A DNA stretch of 64,000 bases, taken from assembly GCA_963773045.1 (NCBI GenBank), contig CAVYZT010000003.1, positions 130,486 to 194,485 on the forward strand, read 5' to 3'. Below the pieces are notes generated by a model. The model searched no databases. It was not told the DNA's origin and worked only from the letters and a program-made list of their open reading frames with translations. A program made the translations under genes and the position numbers. The DNA comes from an uncultured Acidobacteriota bacterium (lineage in GTDB: Bacteria; Acidobacteriota; Vicinamibacteria; Vicinamibacterales; UBA2999). Positions 43,264 to 52,105 of this stretch are shown here, piece by piece (position 1 is the first letter of the stretch; each line of letters opens with the position of its first letter).

Positions 43264-44505
43264 GTGAGCAGGCGAGTCGTCGTGACCGGTGTCGGACTGG
43301 TGTCCCCGGTCGGTATGGGCACGCAGGAAAACTGGGACGCGCTGTGCGCGGGCACCAGCGGTATCGGCCCGATCACGCGATTCAACGCGGACGCGTTTGC
43401 GACCCGCTTTGCCGGCGAGGTCAAAGACTTCGACCCGCTCCAGTTCATCGAGAAGAAGGAACTGAAGAAGATGGACATCTTCATTCAGTTCGCGGTCGCG
43501 GCCTCGCAGTTCGCGATGGACGACTCGCAACTGGCGATCACGCCGGAGATCGCGCCGCGCGTCGGCGTGTTCATCGGATCGGGTATCGGCGGGTTCACGA
43601 CCATCGAGGTCGAACATCAGAAGTATCTCGAAGGCGGGCCGCGGAAGATCTCGCCGTTCTTCATCCCCTCGGCCATCATCAATCTCGCGGCCGGACAGGT
43701 CTCCATCCGGTTCGGCGCCAAGGGCCCCAACCTGGCCACGTGCACCGCTTGCACGGCCTCGGCGCATGCGCTGGGCGACTCCTACGAAATCATCAAACGC
43801 GGCGCCGCCGATGTCATGATCGCCGGGGGCGCCGAAGCCGCCGTCTGCCACATGGGCATCGGAGGATTCGGCGCGCTGCGGGCCTTGTCGACGCGCAACG
43901 ACGAGCCGTCGCGTGCCAGCCGGCCGTTCGACAAGGATCGAGATGGCTTCGTGCTCGGCGAGGGCGCCGGCATCCTGATCCTCGAAGAGCTCGAGTTCGC
44001 CAAGCGCCGTGGCGCCAAGATCTATGCCGAGTTTGCCGGGTACGGCATGTCCGGTGATGCGTACCACATGACCGCCCCGACCGAGGACGGCGACGGCGCG
44101 GTGCGGACGATGCAGAATGCCATCGAGTCGGCGGGCATCCGGCCGGAGGAGGTCGATTACATCAACGCGCACGGAACCTCCACTCCGCACAACGACCGCA
44201 TCGAGACCACCGCTATCAAGACGGCGTTCGGCGAGCATGCGCACGCGCTCGTGATCTCGTCCACCAAGTCCATGACCGGACACCTCCTGGGCGCGGCCGG
44301 TGGCTTGGAGGCGGGCATCACCGTGATGGCCATCCACGACCAGCGCGTGCCGCCGACGATCAATCTGGACGTGCCCGACGAAGGGTGCGATCTGGACTAC
44401 GTGCCGCATACGGCGCGGGAGATGAAGATCCGCTACGCGCTGTCGAACTCGTTCGGCTTCGGCGGCACCAACGGCGCTCTTCTCTTCAAAAAGTTCGAAC
44501 CGTAA
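43264..44505 (+). CDS. fabF: Beta-ketoacyl-ACP synthase II
   Basis: RVVVTGVGLVSPVG...ATCTACTASAHA (active-site Cys)...INAHGTSTPHND...NSFGFGGTNGALLF. Confidence 0.95.
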   Translation: MSRRVVVTGVGLVSPVGMGTQENWDALCAGTSGIGPITRFNADAFATRFAGEVKDFDPLQFIEKKELKKMDIFIQFAVAASQFAMDDSQLAITPEIAPRVGVFIGSGIGGFTTIEVEHQKYLEGGPRKISPFFIPSAIINLAAGQVSIRFGAKGPNLATCTACTASAHALGDSYEIIKRGAADVMIAGGAEAAVCHMGIGGFGALRALSTRNDEPSRASRPFDKDRDGFVLGEGAGILILEELEFAKRRGAKIYAEFAGYGMSGDAYHMTAPTEDGDGAVRTMQNAIESAGIRPEEVDYINAHGTSTPHNDRIETTAIKTAFGEHAHALVISSTKSMTGHLLGAAGGLEAGITVMAIHDQRVPPTINLDVPDEGCDLDYVPHTAREMKIRYALSNSFGFGGTNGALLFKKFEP

Positions 44506-44513
44506 CGGACGTT

Positions 44514-44666
44514 GGCCGCGGAGGCGCGGAGGCGCGGAGAAGATTTGGATCAGGCCCTTTTGAGAGCAACGTCACCCGATCGTGCGGCCGTGGTGTCGTC
44601 GTGGGTTCGACGAAGGTAATGGATATGCCTACGAATAGTCCTCCGCGTCTCCGCGACTCCGCGGCC
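44514..44666. repeat. Inverted arrays of GCGCGGAG-type octamers (about 27-nt arms, 24/27 complementary) flanking a 98-nt core, in the fabF-etfB spacer
   Basis: The left arm is ggccgcggaggcgcggaggcgcggaga (44514-44540). The right arm is tcctccgcgtctccgcgactccgcggcc (44639-44666). Complementarity was checked position by position. Confidence 0.8.
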
Positions 44667-44683
44667 ACGCACGTGGGGTTCGC

Positions 44684-45465
<782 letters not shown>

Positions 45466-45469
<4 letters not shown>

Positions 45470-46437
45470 TTCTCGTCATCGCCGAGCAGCACAACGGGAA
45501 ACTTCATCGCGCCAGCTGGGAGGCGATTGCCGCGGCTCAGCAGCTCGCGGGCGGCGCGACGCCGATCGCCGTTGCGATCGCCGGAGGATCGGTTGCCGAC
45601 GTGGCGAGAGAGCTCTCACAGGCGGCCGTGCAGGATGTCGTGACGTTGGAGGATTCGAGCCTCGAGGTCTACACCCCCGACGCGTTCGTTCAGGCTCTGA
45701 CTCAGCTCATCGGACAGGTGGCCCCCCGTCACGTGCTGCTTCCGCACACCTACCAGACGCGCGATTTCGCTCCGACCCTGGCCACGCGGCTCGACCGCGC
45801 GCTGGTGACCGATGTGACGGCGATCCGCGGGGCAGGGGATGCCGCGAGGTTCTCGCGGCCGATGTTTCAAGGCAAGCTCGTCGCCGAGGTCGAGTTGTCG
45901 GGCCCTGCTCCACACTTCGTGAGCGTCCAGATCGGCGCGTTCAGAGCCGATGCCGCGCAGAAGGGCTCGGCTGCGGCCCCGGTGAAGGCAGTCGCGATCC
46001 AGATCGACCGGGCGGCGATTCGGCAGAAACCGGAAGCGCCATTCCAGGAGGCCAAGCAGGCGGTCGATCTGTCACAGGCCGAGCGCATCGTTGCGGTCGG
46101 TCGTGGCATCAAGTCACGGGAGAACATCGCCGTCGCCGAAACCCTCGCCAAGGCGGTTGGCGCAGAGCTGGCGGCCTCACGCCCGATCTGCGACAACGGC
46201 TGGTTGCCGATGGAACGCCAGATCGGCAGCTCAGGCCAGACCGTCGCCCCGAAGCTCTATGTGGCGTTGGGGATTTCGGGGGCGATTCAGCACTTGGTGG
46301 GGATGAAGGGCGCGCGTACGATCGTCGCGATCAACAAAGACGCCGACGCGCCGATTTTCGAGATCGCCGATTACGGCATCACCGGTGATCTCTTCGAGAT
46401 CGTCCCGGCCCTCACGGCTGAACTGCAGAAGGGCTGA
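45466..46437 (+). CDS. etfA: Electron transfer flavoprotein alpha subunit
   Basis: The GTG start within ORF 45163..46437 forms a GTGA overlap with etfB. VILVIAEQHNGKLHRAS...YVALGISGAIQHLVGM...IVAINKDADAPIF. Confidence 0.9.
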
Positions 46438-46482
46438 TGACCGGCCGTCTGTCGAACCCAATGCGGCCGTGTGGGCTGGTCG

Positions 46483-48147
46483 ATGGCTGAGCGAGAGATC
46501 TTAGACGTCGATGTGCTGATCGTCGGGGGCGGCCCCGGCGGGCTGTCGACCGCGCTGCGCCTGGCGCAGCTGCAAAGCGAAAAAGGCGGCGAGCCGCTCT
46601 CTGTCGCCGTGATCGAGAAGGCGCGCGAGGCCGGCGCGCACTCGCTCTCGGGCGCGCTGCTGGATCCCTCCACGCTTCACGAGCTGATCCCGGATTTCGA
46701 GCGCAAGGGCGCCCCGATCGGCACGCCGGTCCGCCAGGACAACATCTATTTCCTGACGCCGCAGCACAAGTTGCGGCTGCCGATCACGCCGCCGCCGTTT
46801 CGCAACCACGGCAACTACATCATTTCGCTCAGCCACTTCACCAAGTGGCTCGCCGAACAGGTCGAGGCCGCGGGCGTCGACCTCTTCATGGGCTTCCCTG
46901 GGCGTTCGGTCCTCTTCGAGGGCTCGCGAGTGGTCGGCGTCCGCACCGGCGACCGCGGGGTCGGTAAGGACGGCAAGCCGAAGGGCACGTTCGAGCCGGG
47001 CGCGGACATTCGGGCCAAGGTCACGATCTTTGCCGAGGGCGTGCGCGGCCACCTGACCAAGGAACTGATCAGCGCGCTTGGTCTCTACGACGAGGATTCG
47101 GCGCCGCCGCAATTTGCCATCGGCCTCAAAGAGTTGTGGGAAGTGCCGCGCGGCCGGCTCGAGCCGGGCACCGTCATTCACACCCTGGGCTATCCGCTGC
47201 GGCAAGAGGAGTTCGGCGGCAGCTTTCTCTACGCGATGTCCGACGAGCGCATCTCGATCGGATTCGTCGTCGGCCTGGACTATCAGGATCCTTTGTTCGA
47301 TCCCCATGCTGCGTTTCAGCGCTTCAAGCTGCATCCGTTCATCAAGGGCATCCTCGAGGGTGGGCACATGCAGCGCTACGGCGCCAAAGCGCTGCCTGAG
47401 GGTGGATGGCATACGCAGCCTCGCCTCTATGTCGACGGCGGCTTGATCGTCGGCGATTCGGCGAACTTCGTGAACTCGTTGCGGCTCAAGGGCATTCACC
47501 TCGCGATGCGAAGCGGCATGCTCGCCGCCGAGACGGCGTTTGGCGCGCTTCGCGCCGGAGACACGTCGGCCGCGACCTTGTCCAGATACAAGACCCTGGT
47601 CGACGACAGCGCCATCAAGACCGAGCTCTATCCCGTTCGCAACGTGCACCAGGCATTCGAGAACGGCCTGATCGCCGGGAGCTTCTCAGCAGGGATTGCC
47701 ATGCTGACCGGCGGCCGCTCGATTGAGGACTCGCACGGCCATCCCGGACACAAACGGATGGTCACCATCGCCGACTACTACGGGATGGAAAAGCGTGACC
47801 TGCTCGCGCCGTCCAACGCCGTCGTTGCGGATCGCCAGATCACGTTCGACAAACTGACCAGCGTGCACTACTCAGGCACGCATCACGAGGAAGATCAGCC
47901 GGTGCACTTGCTCGTGCACACCGAAGTCTGCCACTCGATCTGCGGCAGCGAATTCGGCTATCCCTGCGTGCGTTTTTGCCCGGCCAGCGTCTACGAGATG
48001 GTGGACGACGGTCAGGGCGGGAAGCGGCTGCAGATCAACGCCTCGAACTGCGTGCACTGCAAGACGTGCGACATCATGGACCCGTACGGAGTGATCACCT
48101 GGGTGCCGCCAGAGGGCGGTGAAGGGCCGCAGTACGACGGCATGTAA
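46483..48147 (+). CDS. Electron transfer flavoprotein-ubiquinone oxidoreductase
   Basis: DVLIVGGGPGGLSTA FAD motif and C-terminal ferredoxin-like CPASVYE...NCVHCKTCDI. It follows etfBA. Confidence 0.9.
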   Translation: MAEREILDVDVLIVGGGPGGLSTALRLAQLQSEKGGEPLSVAVIEKAREAGAHSLSGALLDPSTLHELIPDFERKGAPIGTPVRQDNIYFLTPQHKLRLPITPPPFRNHGNYIISLSHFTKWLAEQVEAAGVDLFMGFPGRSVLFEGSRVVGVRTGDRGVGKDGKPKGTFEPGADIRAKVTIFAEGVRGHLTKELISALGLYDEDSAPPQFAIGLKELWEVPRGRLEPGTVIHTLGYPLRQEEFGGSFLYAMSDERISIGFVVGLDYQDPLFDPHAAFQRFKLHPFIKGILEGGHMQRYGAKALPEGGWHTQPRLYVDGGLIVGDSANFVNSLRLKGIHLAMRSGMLAAETAFGALRAGDTSAATLSRYKTLVDDSAIKTELYPVRNVHQAFENGLIAGSFSAGIAMLTGGRSIEDSHGHPGHKRMVTIADYYGMEKRDLLAPSNAVVADRQITFDKLTSVHYSGTHHEEDQPVHLLVHTEVCHSICGSEFGYPCVRFCPASVYEMVDDGQGGKRLQINASNCVHCKTCDIMDPYGVITWVPPEGGEGPQYDGM

Positions 48148-48211
48148 GGCAAGGTGCCGACGTGACAAGGGTGCCTAAGGTGCTTAGGGTGCCTAGGGTG
48201 CCAGGGGTGCG
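48148..48211. repeat. GGTGCC-based nonamer array (aaggtgcc gacgtgaca agggtgcc taaggtgct tagggtgcc tagggtgcc aggggtgcg)
   Basis: Read directly. It starts right after the ETF:QO stop and overlaps the 5' end of ORF 48162..48920. Confidence 0.8.
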
Positions 48212-48920
48212 ACAGAATACCGACGTGCCCGAACCGAACTCGCCCGATTGGCACCTGTCGAGGCGCAAGCGTCTCCAGGTCGCCGCGATCGCGAATCTCG
48301 GCTATCCGGTCCTTAAAGCCCTGGGATCGACGTGGCGATGGCGAGTGTCTGGCGCCGAGCACATCGACGCGATCCGCGCCGCCGGTCATCACCCTATCCA
48401 CTCGTTCTGGCACGGCCGCATTCTGCCGGGGACGCTCTACTTCCAGCGTCGCGGCATCATCGTGATCACCAGCGAGAACTACGACGGCGAATGGATCGCC
48501 CGGATCATCAGCAAGTTCGGCTATGGGACGGCCCGAGGCTCGAGCTCGCGCGGCGGTCCACGGGCGCTGCTGCAGCTGGTTCGTGACGTGCGCTCTCGTG
48601 GCGTCGCCTTTACGCTCGACGGCCCGCGAGGCCCGGCCATGATCGCGCAGCCAGGCGCGGTCTGGCTCTCGAAGGCCACCGGTAACCCGCTGCTGCCGTT
48701 TCATCTGGAGGCGGGGAAGAGCTGGACGCTGAACAGCTGGGATCGGACGCAGATTCCCAAGCCGTTCACGACCGTGGCATTGGCCATCGACACGCCGCTT
48801 TACGTCCCTCGCGACGCCGACGAGCAGCAGCTCGAAGAGTGGCGGCTGAAGCTGCAGCAGTCGCTCACCGCCTGCCGGACCAGGTGCATGGAGCTGCTGC
48901 GGCCTCGAGATCAGGAGTAA
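48162..48920 (+). CDS. DUF374 domain protein (lysophospholipid acyltransferase-like); true start probably downstream (e.g. GTG 48225)
   Basis: IHSFWHGRILPG...ITSENYDGEWIARIISKFGYGTARGSSSRGG...FTLDGPRGP is typical of DUF374. The first about 21 codons (VPKVLRVPRVPG) are just a translation of the repeat array. Confidence 0.7.
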   Translation: MTRVPKVLRVPRVPGVRQNTDVPEPNSPDWHLSRRKRLQVAAIANLGYPVLKALGSTWRWRVSGAEHIDAIRAAGHHPIHSFWHGRILPGTLYFQRRGIIVITSENYDGEWIARIISKFGYGTARGSSSRGGPRALLQLVRDVRSRGVAFTLDGPRGPAMIAQPGAVWLSKATGNPLLPFHLEAGKSWTLNSWDRTQIPKPFTTVALAIDTPLYVPRDADEQQLEEWRLKLQQSLTACRTRCMELLRPRDQE

Positions 48921-48960
48921 ACAAGTTCTCGCTCGCGACAGGATCGCAGAGACTACTCCG

Positions 48961-49887
48961 ATGCCACTCTCCATCGTCACCTCGGAACGATTTGCCGATC
49001 ATCTCACTCCGGTTGGTCACCCCGAACGCGCCGAGCGCGCCGAGGTGATGCAGGCGGTGACGATGAAATGGCAGGAGAGCGGAGGCGTCGTCCTCGAGCC
49101 GCGGGCCGCGACCGACAATGACCTCGCGCGGGTGCACACACGTGAGCACATTGCCGACATCGCCAGCCGTCGCGGTCGCGCGTCGATGCTCGACGAGGAC
49201 ACCTACACCTCACCCGAGTCCGACGAGGTGGCACGACTGGCCGCAGGCGCCGTGTTGACGGCGGTCGATCACGTGCTCGACGGCCGGCCGCCTTCCCGCG
49301 CGCTCGTGATGGTGCGGCCGCCGGGTCATCACGCGGAGGCTGGCCGGGCGATGGGCTTCTGCCTCTACAACAACATCGCCGTCGGCGCGGCACACGCGCG
49401 GTCGCGCGGCTGCCAGCGCGTCGCCATCGTGGACTATGACGTGCATCACGGCAACGGCACGCAGTGGATCTTTTACGAGGATCCAACCGTGCTGTTCGTC
49501 TCTTCGCATCAGTACCCGTTCTACCCAGGAACCGGAGCCGCAGGAGAAACCGGGCGGGGATCCGGGCTCGGCTTTACGCTCAACCTGCCGCTCACCATCG
49601 GCACCAAGGACGAGGAAATCCAGCGGGTCTACGAAGAGCAGGCGCTGCCCAAGGTGCGAAGCTTCGCGCCCGGCCTGATCCTGGTTTCGGCCGGATTCGA
49701 TGCGCACGAGCGCGATCCTCTCGGGCAACTCCGGATGACGACCTCTGGGTTCGCGCGTCTGAGCCAATCGCTGGTCGAACTGGCCGACTCCGTCTGCGGC
49801 GGGCGGATCGTCTTTGTCACGGAAGGTGGCTACGATGCACGCGCCCTCGCAGAGTGTCTGGAAGCCGTCATTGAGGTCGCATCCTGA
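48961..49887 (+). CDS. Histone deacetylase family protein (acetoin utilisation/acetylpolyamine amidohydrolase-like)
   Basis: HPERAERAE..., RPPGHHAE, DYDVHHGNGTQ, SAGFDAH motifs. Confidence 0.85.
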   Translation: MPLSIVTSERFADHLTPVGHPERAERAEVMQAVTMKWQESGGVVLEPRAATDNDLARVHTREHIADIASRRGRASMLDEDTYTSPESDEVARLAAGAVLTAVDHVLDGRPPSRALVMVRPPGHHAEAGRAMGFCLYNNIAVGAAHARSRGCQRVAIVDYDVHHGNGTQWIFYEDPTVLFVSSHQYPFYPGTGAAGETGRGSGLGFTLNLPLTIGTKDEEIQRVYEEQALPKVRSFAPGLILVSAGFDAHERDPLGQLRMTTSGFARLSQSLVELADSVCGGRIVFVTEGGYDARALAECLEAVIEVAS

Positions 49888-49968
49888 GCGTTCCAGACGA
49901 CCCGGATCTCCGACTTTTGGCCGATGTGACGCGCGGCGGAACCGCCGGATAATTGGGGAGGAGGGAAA

Positions 49969-51270
49969 GTGGCCTCGACGACTTCGACTTGTAATTCCTG
50001 GACAGTCCCGGACGAACGGCAGGCGGCCGTCGAGGGGCGGATTGCCGAGCTCGAGCGGAAGCTGCGCGATGAAATCAACGAGCGCCGCCGGGCCGAGTGC
50101 CAGGCCCACATCCAGGACCAGGCGTCGCAGCTGACGCTCGACCTGATCGCCAAGGAGCCGGACATTGCTGGCTTCTTTGCCGGCTTCACCAAGAAGCTGG
50201 TCGAGGAAACCGAGAGCCACGCGTGTGGAGTCTGGTTGCTCGACGAGGGCCAGGCGACTTGCGATCTCTGGCTCGCGCACCTTCACAACAGCCTGTTCAC
50301 ACCTGGCCAGGAAGGGTGGGACGACATCTCGATTCCACGAGCGGCGATGTCGAAACATCTGTTCGACTACCAGCCCGGCTGGACCGAGACCATCCTCTAC
50401 ACGAGCCAGGACGCGCGACTTCCCGAGGCCGTAAAGCAGTTCAACGTTGCTGAGAGCGTCGAGGCCGTGGCGGTGGCGCCGCTGGTGCTGGGCGCCAATA
50501 CCCTGGGCTGGATCGCGTTGTCCACGCACGACGCGTCAGTGTGCGAGCAGCAATGGGCGCGCGCGCTGCTCGCCGCCATCGCCCGCCAGGCGACGCTCGT
50601 GCTGCATCAGGAACGGCTGGCCGACCAGCGCCGGATCGAAGATCGGCGGAGTGCCGTCCTCGAAGAGCGCAACCGCCTGGCGCGGGACATCCACGACACG
50701 CTCGCACAAGGCTTCGGCGCGATCCTGATGCAGCTGCAGGCGGCTCAACGCGAAGCCGGCGCACTGCCCGAGAATGTGGCGGCCAACCTGGACGTCGCCG
50801 TGAGCCTCGCGCGGATGCATCTGGTCGACGCGCGCCGCTCGGTGACGGCGCTCCGACCGCTCGCCGGCGGCGGCCGCGACATCACCGCGGGATTGAAGCG
50901 GCTGGCAGACACCACGCGCCTCACCACGAACGTGCCGATCGACGTCATGCTCGACGAGCTGCCGACCTTCGACGCCGGGGTCGAGCGTGAGATTCTCGGC
51001 ATCGCCCAGGAGGCGCTGAGCAATGCGGCGCGCCACTCCCGCGCTCGGCGAATCACGCTTCAGGCATCGGCTCAGCGGGCCGACGGCTTCCGGCTCCTCG
51101 TGACCGACGATGGGCGGGGGATTGCGAACGACCGTCGCGACACCGGCTTCGGGATGACCAGCATGCAGGAACGGGCCAATCGGATCGGCGCGTCGCTGAC
51201 CATCGTGACCGCGCCGCGGTCGGGCACTCAAGTGGTGCTGGCATGGGAACCGGAGTCGCCCGCGAATTGA
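49969..51270 (+). CDS. Cytoplasmic GAF-domain sensor histidine kinase (HisKA_3 / NarX-type)
   Basis: N-terminal coiled coil, a GAF-like region, the H-box ERNRLARDIHDTLAQGF, and a C-terminal HATPase (ALSNAARHS...DDGRGI...GFGMTSMQERA). Confidence 0.85.
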   Translation: MASTTSTCNSWTVPDERQAAVEGRIAELERKLRDEINERRRAECQAHIQDQASQLTLDLIAKEPDIAGFFAGFTKKLVEETESHACGVWLLDEGQATCDLWLAHLHNSLFTPGQEGWDDISIPRAAMSKHLFDYQPGWTETILYTSQDARLPEAVKQFNVAESVEAVAVAPLVLGANTLGWIALSTHDASVCEQQWARALLAAIARQATLVLHQERLADQRRIEDRRSAVLEERNRLARDIHDTLAQGFGAILMQLQAAQREAGALPENVAANLDVAVSLARMHLVDARRSVTALRPLAGGGRDITAGLKRLADTTRLTTNVPIDVMLDELPTFDAGVEREILGIAQEALSNAARHSRARRITLQASAQRADGFRLLVTDDGRGIANDRRDTGFGMTSMQERANRIGASLTIVTAPRSGTQVVLAWEPESPAN

Positions 51271-51926
51271 TGCAGATGACTTCCGCAGCAGCCATGGCTC
51301 CCTCCGTTCGTTCGAGCGTCTTGGTCGTGGACGATCATGCGCTCCTGCGCACCGGCGTGGCCAACATCATCAATCAGGAGAAGGATCTCTTCGTCGTGGC
51401 GCAGGCGGCGAACGGGATTGAAGCCGTGGAGGCGTACGAGCGCCATCATCCGGACGTCACCCTGCTCGACCTGCGGATGCCCGAAATGGAAGGCGTCGAG
51501 GCGGTGCGGCAGATTCGCGAGCGCGACCCTCAGGCGAAGCTCATCGTGCTGACGACCTACGACACTGACGAGGACATCACGCGGGCCCTTCGCGCCGGCG
51601 CGAAGGCGTATATCCTCAAGGACATTGCTGCCGACGCGTTGATTGCGTGCATTCACGATGTGCTCGCCGGAAAGACGTACCTGGCCCCCGCCGCCGCGGC
51701 GAAGCTGGCGGAAGGTGTGGCCCGCGTCCAACTGACACCGCGAGAGTTGTCGACGCTGCGCTTGCTGGCCGACGGTCAATCGAATAAAGAGATTGCCAAC
51801 ACGCTTGGGATCAGCGAACGCACCGTGAAGACTCACCTCAGCCATCTGTTCGAAAAGCTCGGCGTCACCAGCCGCACCGAAGCCGTTCGCGTCGCGACCA
51901 GACGTGGACTCGTGCGGCTCGACTGA
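51270..51926 (+). CDS. NarL/FixJ (LuxR-type HTH) response regulator
   Basis: VLVVDDHALLRTG...PDVTLLDLRMPEMEG receiver domain and LTPRELSTLRLLADGQSNKEIANTLGISERTVKTHL output domain. The start is 51270 or 51276. Confidence 0.9.
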   Translation: MQMTSAAAMAPSVRSSVLVVDDHALLRTGVANIINQEKDLFVVAQAANGIEAVEAYERHHPDVTLLDLRMPEMEGVEAVRQIRERDPQAKLIVLTTYDTDEDITRALRAGAKAYILKDIAADALIACIHDVLAGKTYLAPAAAAKLAEGVARVQLTPRELSTLRLLADGQSNKEIANTLGISERTVKTHLSHLFEKLGVTSRTEAVRVATRRGLVRLD

Positions 51927-51935
51927 GCGCAGGCC

Positions 51936-52088
51936 CAGACGTACGGGCCACAGAGACACCGAGACACAGAGCAAACCTGCCGAAGAGCTAGACGGTGCGC
52001 GCTCTCGAGCGCGGTGAACTCTTAGATTAGATATCTCTGTGTTTCTGTGCCTCGGTGGCCTGTACGTGTTCCTCTGCATCTGTACGTT
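51936..52088. repeat. Imperfect long inverted repeat of CACAGAG/GTACG words (left 51936-51971, right 52035-52076), plus a low-GC patch, upstream of leuS
   Basis: The left arm is cagacgtacgggccacagagacaccgagacacagag. The reverse complement of the right arm is cagaggaacacgtacaggccaccgaggcacagaaacacagag. The ends match and the middle is permuted. Confidence 0.6.
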
Positions 52089-52105
52089 AATCTAGATAAT
52101 TCACG

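Noticed and set aside
44595-44625. A tRNA-like string gtgggttcgacgaagg in the fabF-etfB element.
   Set aside because: It has only a 5-bp stem with a 6-nt loop. It lacks the GGTTCGAATCC-type T-arm, and no acceptor, D or anticodon arms can be drawn around it.
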